A stretch of DNA of 64,000 nt from an uncultured Desulfospira sp. (GTDB taxonomy: Bacteria; Desulfobacterota; Desulfobacteria; Desulfobacterales; Desulfobacteraceae), in assembly GCA_963663165.1 (NCBI GenBank), contig OY760175.1, forward strand, positions 896,001 through 960,000. The letters are read 5' to 3'. The notes beneath the pieces were generated by a model, which ran no database searches, was not told the origin of the DNA, and worked only from the letters and a program-made list of their open reading frames with translations. Of the stretch, positions 51,182 through 61,470 are shown in pieces. A program made the position numbers and the translations under genes. Positions within the stretch are counted from its first letter, which is position 1. Every line of letters starts with the position of its first letter.

Positions 51182-51952
51182 ATGAGCATAAACGTTACGG
51201 ATCAGGACAAGGGCATTCGAATTCTCACCATTGACCGGCCCCCGGTCAATGCCCTCAACGAAGAAACGGTCCAGTCTCTTCTTGACAACATGGTGGAGAG
51301 CGCATCAGATCCCGACATCCGGGTTATCATTATCACCGGGGAAGGCAAATTCTTTGTGGCCGGTGCCGATGTGGACAAACTCCTTGAAGCGGACAGCGGC
51401 AAAGCCTCTGATATTGTCCAGGGGGTCAAAGCACTCCATCAAAAGATGCGCACCGCCCCCCAACCCGTCATTGCCGCCATCAACGGTCTGGCCGCCGGCG
51501 GCGGCCTGGAACTGGCCATGGCCTGTGATATCCGCATTGCCGCAGAAAATGCCGGCATGGGGCTTCCCGAGGTGACGTTAGGGGTACTGCCCGGGGCCGG
51601 CGGCACCCAGATGCTGCCCCGGCTGATTGGTGTTGGAAAGGCCATGCAGCTGATGTTCACAGGCAGAATCATTTCATCGTCCGAAGCATTGGCATTGGGA
51701 ATCATCGATGACATCGCCTCAACCCGGACGGTTTTAGAACAGGCCGTTGACCTGGCAAAGGCCGTGATCAAAAACGCGCCCCTCTCCATTGCCCAGATCA
51801 AGGCTGCGGCCTGGGATACCCTGTCCCTTTCCCTGGAACAGGGGCTTGAAATGGAAACCAAACGGTTTGCACAGCTGTGCGATTCACAGGATAAAAACGA
51901 AGGCATCAACGCCTTCAAAGAACGGCGCAAGGCGCAATTTCAAGGTAAATAG
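51182..51952 (+). CDS. Enoyl-CoA hydratase/isomerase
   Basis: F.AGAD; GGGLELA..CD; PEV.LG..PG.GGT, with both catalytic Glu present. Confidence 0.93.
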   Translation: MSINVTDQDKGIRILTIDRPPVNALNEETVQSLLDNMVESASDPDIRVIIITGEGKFFVAGADVDKLLEADSGKASDIVQGVKALHQKMRTAPQPVIAAINGLAAGGGLELAMACDIRIAAENAGMGLPEVTLGVLPGAGGTQMLPRLIGVGKAMQLMFTGRIISSSEALALGIIDDIASTRTVLEQAVDLAKAVIKNAPLSIAQIKAAAWDTLSLSLEQGLEMETKRFAQLCDSQDKNEGINAFKERRKAQFQGK

Positions 51953-52058
51953 CTCTTAGCATTTAGTCTTTAGTTCTGGGCTCCTTTTCGTCAGCTAAAA
52001 GCTAACAGCTAACAGCCAATATCTCTTTTATCAAATTTCATACACGGGAGAAAATTTC

Positions 52059-53228
52059 ATGGACTTCAATCTAACCGACGAACAACGGGATATCAAAAAA
52101 GCGGCCAGAAAATTTGCCGAAGGCGAGTTTCCCAAAATCGCAAAAGAGTGTGACCGGGAGGAAAAAACCAGCATTGAACTCATTAAAAAAGCCAGTGACC
52201 TGGGATTTATCGGCCTGTTTATTGATGAAAAATACGGCGGGGGCGGATACGGGTTTTTGGAAAACGCCCTGGTCACTGAAGAGTTCTGGCGGGTGGACCC
52301 GGGACTTGGGGGGGCGACCCTTTGCCCCTGCTTTGGCGCTGAAATGCTGCTGCTGTTTGGCACCGAAGAACAAAAGGAAAAATACCTGATTCCCATCTGC
52401 AGCGGCGAAGCCATCAGCGCCGTGGCCGCGACAGAACCCGATGCGGGAAGCGATGTGCTGTCCGCCTCAACCACGGCTGAAAAAACAGACAAGGGATATA
52501 TCGTCAACGGGAACAAGATGTTTATTTCCAATGGCACCATTGCCGATTGCTTTGTCACCCTGTGCCTGACCCACCCGGAAGAAAGGTCCCGCCACCACCG
52601 GCACAGCGTTTTGATCATTGATGCCAAATCACCGGGGGTTGTCTGCAAAAAGCTGAAAGGAAAACTGGGCATCCGGGCCCATGAAACCGCAGAAATCATA
52701 TTTAAAGATGTTGAAGTGCCAAAGGAAAACATGATCGGCGAACCCGGAGACGGATTTAAATGCTTTATGGCGTTTTTTAACCGGTCCAGGGCTTATGTGG
52801 CGGCCCAGGGGGTCGGCATTGCCCAGGGCGCTTTGGAAATGGCCATCAACCATGTGACCCAGAGAAAACAGTTTGGGACCGCCCTGTCCGGTTTCCAGAT
52901 GGTCCAGGCCAAACTGGCTGAAATGGCCACCCTCACCGAAGCGGCCCGGAACATGGTCTATAAGGCCGCCTGGAAGCTGGACAACGGCCAGGCCGAAGAG
53001 ATGCTGGTCTCTATGGCCAAATGGTATGCCGGACAGACCGGGGTCAAGGTGGTGGATGAATCCCTTCAGCTTCACGGCGGGTACGGCTATATGGAAGATT
53101 ACGATATCAGCCGGTTTTACCGGGACGCCAAGATTGTGGAAATCTACGAAGGCAGCAAGGAGATTGAAAAGCTGATTATCGCCAAACGGCTGCTTTCCCG
53201 CAAAGGCCTGAAAGTCATGGGATGGTAA
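52059..53228 (+). CDS. Acyl-CoA dehydrogenase
   Basis: TEPDAGSD; NG.KMFISNG; R.QFG; HGGYGY; IYEG. Confidence 0.95.
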   Translation: MDFNLTDEQRDIKKAARKFAEGEFPKIAKECDREEKTSIELIKKASDLGFIGLFIDEKYGGGGYGFLENALVTEEFWRVDPGLGGATLCPCFGAEMLLLFGTEEQKEKYLIPICSGEAISAVAATEPDAGSDVLSASTTAEKTDKGYIVNGNKMFISNGTIADCFVTLCLTHPEERSRHHRHSVLIIDAKSPGVVCKKLKGKLGIRAHETAEIIFKDVEVPKENMIGEPGDGFKCFMAFFNRSRAYVAAQGVGIAQGALEMAINHVTQRKQFGTALSGFQMVQAKLAEMATLTEAARNMVYKAAWKLDNGQAEEMLVSMAKWYAGQTGVKVVDESLQLHGGYGYMEDYDISRFYRDAKIVEIYEGSKEIEKLIIAKRLLSRKGLKVMGW

Positions 53229-53319
53229 CCGATACCGATTGCCATCTTGCGCTTGTTCCAGACCATAAATTCGAGCACGGGCAAGAGCAAAAAATACCTA
53301 AATCCGACGAGGAATCCAA

Positions 53320-54513
53320 ATGATATCCAAAGAAAATGATCCGGTAATTGTATCCGCGGTAAGAACACCCATTGGCGCATTCGGCGGCGGGCTTCGACCT
53401 GTCTTACATGAACATCTGGCTGTCACCGTTTTAAAAGAGGTGTGTGACCGGGTGGATTTCCCCAAAGAATTGTTAGATGACGTATACTGGGGGGTGGTGA
53501 TGCTCAGAAGCGATGAAAACGGCCTGGCACGGGGGGCGGTTCTCAAGGCCGGTATCCCTGAGCGGGTCTCGGCGGTCCAGGTCAACCGGGCCTGCTGCTC
53601 TTCCATGGAGGCCATTCGCCTGGCGTCCATGTCCGTTCGACTAGGCGAAGGCCGGGCCCTGATTGCCGGAGGCGGAGAGAGCATGAGCAATGTCCCCTAC
53701 AGCCTTAAAAACGCCCGATGGGGCATGCCCTTTCGCCACCAGGAACTCACCGACGGGATCTGGGACGGGCTCACCGACCATCACACCGGCATTGTCATGG
53801 GGCTGACCGCCGAAAATGTGGCGGAAAAATACGAAATTTCCCGACAAGACCAGGACGAGTTTGCCTATACCAGCCAGATGCGGGCCAAAGCCGCCATGGC
53901 ATCGGGCCGGTTCAAGGACGAAATTGTCCCGGTGGTGATTCCCGGAAAACGCGGAAAACCCGACCGGGTGATCGATACCGATGAACACCCCAAGCCCGAC
54001 ACCACCTTAGAAGACCTTCAAAACCTTTCCCCGGCTTTTAAAAAGGACGGCACCGTTACAGCGGGAAATGCATCCGGGCTCAATGACGGGGCCAGCGCGG
54101 TGATTGTCTGCTCCAAATCCATTGCCGAAGAATGCGGCATGACGCGCCAGTGGCGGGTGGTGGGTTCGGCCGCAGTGGGGGTGGACCCCAGATACATGGG
54201 GATTGGCCCCATTGATGCCATCAACAAACTGCTCATGCAGACCGGCATGGCCCTTTCAGACATTGAACTGTTTGAAATCAACGAAGCCTTTGCGGCGCCC
54301 TCGGTAGCGGTGGAAAGGGCTTTGGGTTTAGACCGGGACAAAGTCAACGTCAACGGAAGCGGTATTGCCCTGGGCCACCCCATCGGCAATACCGGATGCC
54401 GCATTGTGGTCAGCCTGATTCATGAGCTTGAAAAACGCAATTTGAATGTGGGACTGGCCTCCCTTTGCGGCGGCAGCGGACACGGACAGGCCATCATTAT
54501 TGAAAGATGCTGA
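53320..54513 (+). CDS. Thiolase
   Basis: NRACCSS; NASG.NDGA; NEAFA; GHPIG; LCGG.G. Confidence 0.95.
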   Translation: MISKENDPVIVSAVRTPIGAFGGGLRPVLHEHLAVTVLKEVCDRVDFPKELLDDVYWGVVMLRSDENGLARGAVLKAGIPERVSAVQVNRACCSSMEAIRLASMSVRLGEGRALIAGGGESMSNVPYSLKNARWGMPFRHQELTDGIWDGLTDHHTGIVMGLTAENVAEKYEISRQDQDEFAYTSQMRAKAAMASGRFKDEIVPVVIPGKRGKPDRVIDTDEHPKPDTTLEDLQNLSPAFKKDGTVTAGNASGLNDGASAVIVCSKSIAEECGMTRQWRVVGSAAVGVDPRYMGIGPIDAINKLLMQTGMALSDIELFEINEAFAAPSVAVERALGLDRDKVNVNGSGIALGHPIGNTGCRIVVSLIHELEKRNLNVGLASLCGGSGHGQAIIIERC

Positions 54514-54538
54514 TATTTTTTAGCGAAAGGAAGATCAT

Positions 54539-55399
54539 ATGAGTACCATTCAAACCGTGGGAATTCTGGGGGCCGGCATCATGGGTGCTGAAATTGCCTT
54601 ATGCTTTGCCAATGCCGGCTGCAAAGTCTTATTGAAAGACATCTCCACTGAAGCGGCCCAAAAGGGAAAAGACCGCCTGTCCAAACCCTTGGACAAAGCC
54701 ATTCAAAAGGGGAAATACACCGAAGAAAAAAAAGTGGAAACCCTTGAAAAAATCGTCCCCCTTGGCGATTACCAGGGATTTGATACCGCAGATCTTGTTG
54801 TGGAGGCGGTATTTGAAAATATGGATTTAAAGAAAAAACTGCTGGTTGAAGTGGCTGACCATTGCAAAAGCGACTGCATCATTGCCACCAATACCTCTTC
54901 CATCCCCATTACCCAGCTCGGGGCCTGCCTGCCGGCAGACCGCCGTCCCCTTTTTATCGGCGCCCATTTTTTTGCCCCGGCCTTTATCATGAAGCTGGTG
55001 GAGGTAATCCCCGGGGCGGAAACCTCAGAAGAGACCACCCTGGCACTCCTTGAAGCCTGCCGGATGATCGGGAAAACCCCCATAAGGGTAAAGGATACAG
55101 CCGGATTTGTGGTCAACCGGATGCTGTTTGCTTTTTTCAATGAAGCGGTCCGGCTGGTGGATGAGGGGGTTGCCTCTATCGAGGATATTGATACAGCCTG
55201 CCGGCTGGGCTTGGGCCATCCCATAGGCCCCCTGGCATTGATGGACATGGCCGATCTTGGCATGGCCCTTGATGTGAGCAACCTGCTTAAAGAATCCTAT
55301 GGCGACCGTTTCCGGTTCGGCACGGCCCTTCGCCAGAAAGTCTATGCCGGCCATATCGGCCGCAAAGCCGGCCAGGGCTGGTACGATTACAGAAAATAA
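54539..55399 (+). CDS. 3-hydroxyacyl-CoA dehydrogenase (second copy)
   Basis: GAGIMG; EAVFE; TNTSS; HFF.P; GFVVNR. Confidence 0.93.
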   Translation: MSTIQTVGILGAGIMGAEIALCFANAGCKVLLKDISTEAAQKGKDRLSKPLDKAIQKGKYTEEKKVETLEKIVPLGDYQGFDTADLVVEAVFENMDLKKKLLVEVADHCKSDCIIATNTSSIPITQLGACLPADRRPLFIGAHFFAPAFIMKLVEVIPGAETSEETTLALLEACRMIGKTPIRVKDTAGFVVNRMLFAFFNEAVRLVDEGVASIEDIDTACRLGLGHPIGPLALMDMADLGMALDVSNLLKESYGDRFRFGTALRQKVYAGHIGRKAGQGWYDYRK

Positions 55400-55421
55400 T
55401 TAAAATCAAAAAGGGGGTGCC

Positions 55422-57086
55422 ATGGTAACAAAAATTGATTTTCAAAAACCGGGTCACCTGATCCTGATCATTGGTTTTTTTCTGCTGATCAGCCTGCCTT
55501 TAAACGGATTTTGTGAGCCGCCGATGATGCCGACGGTTGTTGAACCCGGTTACACAATTGGGTCCCTGATGCCCAAAACCCAGGTCAATGGATTTAACGG
55601 CATCGCATTTGACAGTCAGGGGAACCTCTACGGGGGGGTGGTACAGGGGTCCACCATTTACAAAATCCATAAGGAAACCGGTGCGGTCACTCCCTTTATC
55701 GGTCCCCCTGAAGGCATGGCCGATGACTTGATTTTTGAACCCGGGGGACGGGTGATCTGGACCGGTTTTTTCTTAGGCAAAATTTTTGCCAAAGGGGCCG
55801 ATGGCGCAGTGGTTACCCTGGCCGAAGGATATCCGGGTGCCAATGCCATCGCCAGAAGCCGGGACGGCCGGGTGTTCTTTACCCAGGTTTTCTTGGGGGA
55901 CGCCTTATATGAGTTGGACATTTCCGGACAAAACAAGCCTCGCAAAATTGCGGAAAAGCTTGGGGGGCTGAACGCCTTCCAGGTCCACACCGACGGGTAT
56001 ATATACGGCCCAAGATGGTTTAAAGGCGATATCATCAAAGTCAATGTGGAAACGGGGGATTATCAACCCATTGCCGATGGTTTTCAGATCCCTGCGGCCG
56101 TAAAATTTGATTCAAAGGGCAACCTGTTTGTCATTGACAACAAGGCCGGAACCTTATTAAAGGTAGATATCAACACAGGGCAAAAAAACCTGGTGGCCAC
56201 CCTGGTGCCCCACCTGGACAACCTGGCCATTGACGAACAGGACCGGGTCTTTATCAGCACCAACGGAGACGGCAGTATCTTTGAAGTGGATACGGCCACG
56301 GGCAAGGTCAGAACGGTGGTCAAAGGACGGCTTGCCTGTCCCCAGGGGATTGCGGTCTGGGACAGCCCTGAAGGAGAGATTCTGTTCGTTGCCGACAACT
56401 TTGCCTACAAAAGGGTGGACGGGTTTACCGGTGAGGTCCATGAATCCACCAAGGGCGGGGCCTTTCCCAATGCGGCCGGCATCACCGGTGACCGGGTATT
56501 GATGTCGGGCTGGTTCCGAAATGTGGTTGAGGTATTTGACGCGAAAAACGACGACCTGCTCTATTCTATTCCCGGGTTTAAAGGGTCGCTTGGGATGCTC
56601 ATGCTGGATGACGGGACCCTTCTGGTGGCTGAGGCCCAGACCGGCAGCATTATCCGGGTTAAGGATAAAGCGGGCAAACAGCGGGATGTCCTGACCAAAG
56701 ATCTTTCTCTTCCGGTCTACATGGCAAAGGCAGGTCCCGATGCCGTCTATGTAACCGAATTTTTGTCAGGAGAACTCACCAAAGTCAGCCTGAAAACCGG
56801 AGAACAAAAAGTGGTTGCTTCGGGCTTAAGAAAGCCCAAGGGAGTGGCGGTCAAAGGGGACGGAACCATTCTGGTGGTCAATTCCGGGGCCCGGGAGCTG
56901 GTTTCCATCGATCCGGACACCGGTGCGGTCAAGCCCTTTGTTCAGGACCTGCCTGTCGGCCTCTATGTCCCCGAAGGGTTTATGCCCGCGTTCACCCTCA
57001 CCGGTGTGGCGGTTTCCAGAGCAGGCAACATTTATGTGACCAGTGATATAGAAAATGTGATCTATAAAATTTGCCCCGGCAAATAG
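55422..57086 (+). CDS. Exported double beta-propeller, SMP-30/gluconolactonase-like
   Basis: N-terminal hydrophobic signal; NGIAFD..GNLY, ADDL, LDNLAID and P.G.AV repeats. Confidence 0.7.
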   Translation: MVTKIDFQKPGHLILIIGFFLLISLPLNGFCEPPMMPTVVEPGYTIGSLMPKTQVNGFNGIAFDSQGNLYGGVVQGSTIYKIHKETGAVTPFIGPPEGMADDLIFEPGGRVIWTGFFLGKIFAKGADGAVVTLAEGYPGANAIARSRDGRVFFTQVFLGDALYELDISGQNKPRKIAEKLGGLNAFQVHTDGYIYGPRWFKGDIIKVNVETGDYQPIADGFQIPAAVKFDSKGNLFVIDNKAGTLLKVDINTGQKNLVATLVPHLDNLAIDEQDRVFISTNGDGSIFEVDTATGKVRTVVKGRLACPQGIAVWDSPEGEILFVADNFAYKRVDGFTGEVHESTKGGAFPNAAGITGDRVLMSGWFRNVVEVFDAKNDDLLYSIPGFKGSLGMLMLDDGTLLVAEAQTGSIIRVKDKAGKQRDVLTKDLSLPVYMAKAGPDAVYVTEFLSGELTKVSLKTGEQKVVASGLRKPKGVAVKGDGTILVVNSGARELVSIDPDTGAVKPFVQDLPVGLYVPEGFMPAFTLTGVAVSRAGNIYVTSDIENVIYKICPGK

Positions 57087-57101
57087 GGCCTCGATTTGGC
57101 A

Positions 57102-57581
57102 ATGGTTGAACTGGAGAATATGGATACCCTCAAAGGCTTGGGCAATGCCCGTTTCGGGCCGGGGCCCTGGGTCATGCTAACCCAGGAGATGATTGACGCC
57201 TTTGCCCTTGCCACACGGGATTACCAATGGATCCATACGGATCCGGACAGGGCCGCCAAAGGGTCATGCTTTGGCAACACCACCATTGCCCATGGGTTTT
57301 TGGTTCTGTCCATGGTCTCTGCCATGCACCGGGAAACCGTGGCCATCAAAAATGTGGCCATAGGGGTGAACTACGGTCTAAACCGGGTCCGCTTCCCGAG
57401 TCCGGTACCGGTAAACAGCCGGATACGCTTGTACTGCCGCACAGGCCGAATGGAAGATATGGGTAACGGCAGCTTCAAGGTGGTCTGGAAATGTGAAGTT
57501 GAAGTGGAAAACAGCCAAAAACCGGCCTGTGTCTGTGAATTGATTACCATGATGGTCGGGAGCGCAAATATTATAACGTAA
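57102..57581 (+). CDS. MaoC-family dehydratase
   Basis: FA.AT.D.QWIH.DP; TIAHGFL; NYGLNRVRF. Confidence 0.9.
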   Translation: MVELENMDTLKGLGNARFGPGPWVMLTQEMIDAFALATRDYQWIHTDPDRAAKGSCFGNTTIAHGFLVLSMVSAMHRETVAIKNVAIGVNYGLNRVRFPSPVPVNSRIRLYCRTGRMEDMGNGSFKVVWKCEVEVENSQKPACVCELITMMVGSANIIT

Positions 57582-57648
57582 AAAAAGGAAACCGGAAGAT
57601 GGAAGACGGGAGACCGGATATGTCAAGTTCCCTGGTTTGAGCGGGAGG

Positions 57649-57795
57649 GTAGGAGCGGGCCATGCCCGAGATTCGAATCGCGGGCATGGCCCGCTCCTAC
57701 CTTGCATTGACCCAAAATGTAACGATAGCTGCAGGATGTCGGGTTCCCTTGGAGGAGCGCATTCCGGCCTCCTGTCTTCCTTCTTACGGTCTCCC
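57649..57795 (+). repeat. Composite REP-doublet element, copy 2
   Basis: GTAGGAGCGGGCCATGCCCG..CGGGCATGGCCCGCTCCTAC plus a conserved tail. Confidence 0.85.
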
Positions 57796-57851
57796 TGCAT
57801 TTAACATTTTCTACAAAACCATATGCTTTCAAACCAAAAGGGGAGTGGTTC

Positions 57852-58529
57852 ATGGAATTACAAGACGCCATCAATCAAAGAAAAAGTATTCGCCGGTATT
57901 TAAATAAACCTGTGCCCAAAGAGATCCTGACACAGATTCTGACCCTTGCGGCCCAGGCCCCGTCTGCGGAAAATGCCCAGCCATGGGAGTTTGTGGTGAT
58001 CGCCGGAGAACCCCTGGATCAGCTTAGAAAAGCCAATGTGGAAAAACTAAGAAACCGTGAAGTGCCCCCCCAGGAAATGGCCCACATCACAATGGGGCTG
58101 GACAAGAAAAGCATTTACCGCCAACGGCAGATCGACATTGCCAAAAAGTTGTTCGCCGTTATGGGGATTGCCAGGGAAGATAAAGTCAAACGCTCGGAAT
58201 GGATGGAACGTGGATACCGGTATTTTGATGCGCCGGCAGCCATCATCATTGTGGCGGACAAATCCCTGCCCCTTGAGGGGTCCTTTCTTGACGTCGGTGC
58301 TGTCATGCAGAACCTGTGCCTGGCCGCCCTTGATTTCGGGCTTCACACCTGCATCGAAAACCAGGGCATCACCTATGCCAATGCCGTCAGGCAGATTGCC
58401 AAAATCCCCGATAACAAACGCCTGATGATCGCCATTGCCATTGGGTATCCGGACTGGGATTTCCCGGCCAACCAGGTCAAAAGTGAAAGAGAAGCTATCG
58501 AAAATGTTGTGACCTGGCATGGGATATAA
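57852..58529 (+). CDS. Nitroreductase family protein
   Basis: RKSIRRY; APS..N.QPW; IAIGYP. Confidence 0.92.
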   Translation: MELQDAINQRKSIRRYLNKPVPKEILTQILTLAAQAPSAENAQPWEFVVIAGEPLDQLRKANVEKLRNREVPPQEMAHITMGLDKKSIYRQRQIDIAKKLFAVMGIAREDKVKRSEWMERGYRYFDAPAAIIIVADKSLPLEGSFLDVGAVMQNLCLAALDFGLHTCIENQGITYANAVRQIAKIPDNKRLMIAIAIGYPDWDFPANQVKSEREAIENVVTWHGI

Positions 58530-58632
58530 TCCATTGGAAACCGGAAACCGAAGACGGCAGACCGGAAGGTTTTAACCCGGAAAATTAACACATCAGGTTT
58601 TCCGGTCTCCAGTCGCCATTCTTTATATTTTT

Positions 58633-58960
58633 ATATGAAAGTCTCACTAACAAGCTGAAAAGACTTTCATTTTTCGTTGTGGGCGGTGCTTGGTTGGATA
58701 ACCAAGGCGGCCCGTGGCCGTTTATATGAAAGTCTCACTAACGTCCTGAGAAGACTTTCAATATTTGTTGTGGGCGGCTCTTGGTTGGATAACCAAAGCG
58801 GCCCGAGGCCGTTTATAAGAAACTGGAGACAAGAAACAAGAGACAAGAGGGCGAAGCACCTGCGGTGCCCAATTTATAGTCTACCGTTGCTGGTATCTTC
58901 AGTTTCATTATTCGTTGTGGGCGGCTCTTGGTTGGATAACCAAAGCGGCCCGTGGCCGTT
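58633..58960 (-). repeat. Two full and one partial copy of the ~91 bp triple-hairpin repeat
   Basis: Reverse complement of the 24892-25168 units; the third copy is separated by about 90 bp of other sequence. Confidence 0.92.
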
Positions 58961-59170
58961 CGTACGATCCATTTTAAAATGACAGACGCTTAAAATAAAT
59001 CGTTTTCATTCATGTCTGATTTGCCGGTTTTCGTAATTCATGTCATAATGGGGATAAATCTTACCTGATCAATACATATTCTTGTGGCTCCTTCCTAAGG
59101 TTGAAAGGCATATGATTAAGGCATTTTTCTATTTGTAACACCAGGCACTACCGTCAAGTTAGGTGATGTA

Positions 59171-61252
59171 ATGGATCAAGACAACGATAGAACCCCATTA
59201 TGGCTTGAGTCTGCCTATGGACAAGAGGCAGATGAAATGCTTTCCAAGCTTGGCCCGGCCTGGGGGCAGATCCCAGGGGCCGTGGATAATTTTTATCAGA
59301 CCCTGTTTAAAATTCCTGCAGCTGAAAACCTGCTCGGCAATGTCTCCCCCGAGGAGTTCGCCCGGCTGAAAAAAGCCCAGGCCGATTACCTGACTATGAT
59401 TGTATCCCCGGGGATCACCATAGATGACCATCGCCGGATGGCATTGAAAATTGGTTTTACCCACTGTTTTGTAGGGGTCTCCACTGACCTGCTCACAGAG
59501 TCTTCCATTCTTTACACCGATATTGCGGGGCTGCTGACATCGGGAATGGACAACGAGGATGCGCTCAAGGAACTGATTGCCCGCCGCTTGCAGTTTGATG
59601 TGATCACACAGATCGAGGCCTATGCGAAAGTCCAGCATATTCGACTTGAAGTTTACAATAAAATCAGCCGGTTAAAGGACCAGGAAACCACCCTTGATCT
59701 GATGCGTTTTGTGCTTGATTTGCTCATCAGTTCGTTTAATAAGAGCCTTGCCGGCGTGGCATTCGGCAGCGTGAAAAACGGGACCTACCGCCACCTGCTT
59801 TCCATGGGGGATGTCCCCTTTGGGCCGGAAAAAAGCAAGGGCAACCGGTATCCCACTGTTAAAATCCGAAAAATTGAAGAGGCCTGGTTCAACGAACAGT
59901 CTTTTGTAAAAAACAATATATATGGCTGTTTTGAATCATTTGACAGCCTGAAAGAAGCCTGTGTAAACAAGGGGATCCGTTCTTTTGGGTTTTTTATGCT
60001 CCATGACCTTCAATATGCCCCTAAAGCTTACCTGCTGGTGTGCGGGAAATTTCCCGGATATTTCAGCGACAAGTCCATGAGGTACTATTGGAATCACCTG
60101 GCAGACGTGATCGGCGCCCATTTTGACATGATTGAACGCGCCCGGATCAAACGGCAAAGCCGCCTGTCCGACGGACTGACATACCGGCAGCTTCTGGCAA
60201 GGGGCCGGGTCAACATGCATTATCAGCCCATTATCGATCCGGCCACCGGGGCTACGGTAAAGGTGGAGACCTTAGCCCGGCTTGAGGATGGGGACAGGAT
60301 TATTTCACCGGGAATGTTTTTGCCCACCTTTGGAACCAATCACCTGCGTGACCTGTTTGAAATCGGGCTGGCCCAGGTCCTCAAAACATTGCCCACGGCC
60401 AGCGAGATTCCGTTGATGTGCAGCATCAACCTGCCGCCTGAGGCCCTGCTGGACAGGGAGTGGCTCGAACGGCTGCCGGATTATCTGGTGAAAACCGGTG
60501 CCAATCCCCAGCGGATTTGCCTTGAAATCCTTGAATCCTCTATTCATGACGATCCGGCGGTGATGACGCATTTGTTTGCCCTGCGCGAGGCGGGTTATGG
60601 CATTTTCCTGGATGATGTGGGGGCGGGGGAATCCTCGTTGCTGCGCCTGGTCAACCTGCCCGTGTCCGGGATTAAGATCGACCAGAGCTTTGTCCGGTCC
60701 CTGCCCCGCAGTTTTGAAAATATCGACCTGATTCTTTCCATGCGGTTTCTGGCCAACAACCGGGGTTTGGAGTGTATTGCCGAAGGGGTTGAAAACAGGG
60801 ATATTGCCGACACCCTGTTCCATATGAGCAAGGGCCGGATCCTGTTTCAGGGGTTTGCCTACGCAAAGCCCATGCCTGCCAAGGCACTGGCCGGCTGGCT
60901 GGTGCGAAACAATCCGTGTCCCCCGGAACCTGAGGTGTCCCAGTCCCTTTACGGCTGGTATTCCGGTCATATCGGCCGGCTCTTTTCCATGGGCAATGCC
61001 CTCCAGACCATCCCGGATCTTATTGACGCGGATCGCCTGGAAACCGCCGAATCCTGCCCCCTGCATCAAAATATTCGAAAAATCGGGGGCAATGCAGACA
61101 TTGAGGAGGCCCACCGGCAGTGGCACACCACCTATGCCGAATTTGTCAAAAGAATACAGGCAGGTTCAGGCTGCCAGGATCTCTGGCAGGCATTGAAGGC
61201 GGCCAGGCACAACCTCCAGGTCCTGATTGAAAAGGCGGTTCAAAAAAACTAA
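59171..61252 (+). CDS. Globin-coupled EAL phosphodiesterase with C-terminal CZB-like domain
   Basis: Protoglobin-like FY...Q..Y...IG..H..VGV; EAL motifs YQPI, ETLAR, DDVG.G.SS, KID, EGVE, QG; C-terminal H..C..H..WH. Confidence 0.8.
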   Translation: MDQDNDRTPLWLESAYGQEADEMLSKLGPAWGQIPGAVDNFYQTLFKIPAAENLLGNVSPEEFARLKKAQADYLTMIVSPGITIDDHRRMALKIGFTHCFVGVSTDLLTESSILYTDIAGLLTSGMDNEDALKELIARRLQFDVITQIEAYAKVQHIRLEVYNKISRLKDQETTLDLMRFVLDLLISSFNKSLAGVAFGSVKNGTYRHLLSMGDVPFGPEKSKGNRYPTVKIRKIEEAWFNEQSFVKNNIYGCFESFDSLKEACVNKGIRSFGFFMLHDLQYAPKAYLLVCGKFPGYFSDKSMRYYWNHLADVIGAHFDMIERARIKRQSRLSDGLTYRQLLARGRVNMHYQPIIDPATGATVKVETLARLEDGDRIISPGMFLPTFGTNHLRDLFEIGLAQVLKTLPTASEIPLMCSINLPPEALLDREWLERLPDYLVKTGANPQRICLEILESSIHDDPAVMTHLFALREAGYGIFLDDVGAGESSLLRLVNLPVSGIKIDQSFVRSLPRSFENIDLILSMRFLANNRGLECIAEGVENRDIADTLFHMSKGRILFQGFAYAKPMPAKALAGWLVRNNPCPPEPEVSQSLYGWYSGHIGRLFSMGNALQTIPDLIDADRLETAESCPLHQNIRKIGGNADIEEAHRQWHTTYAEFVKRIQAGSGCQDLWQALKAARHNLQVLIEKAVQKN

Positions 61253-61318
61253 CCCCCGTTTTCCATGGATGTATAGTTGAGACTTGGGACTTGGGATATG
61301 GGACTTGGGGAAGACCGG

Positions 61319-61461
61319 ATAGGAGCGGGCCATGTCAGCGATTCGATCGCGGGCATGGCCCGCTCCTGCTTTGTATTGACCAAAATGTAAAAATGGATGC
61401 CGGATGCCGGGTTCCCTTAGAGAGGGCGCCACCGGTTTCCGGTCTGCCTTGTTCCGGCTGC
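61319..61461 (+). repeat. Composite REP-doublet element, copy 3
   Basis: Aligns with 57649-57795. Confidence 0.8.
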
Positions 61462-61470
61462 CATTTAATC

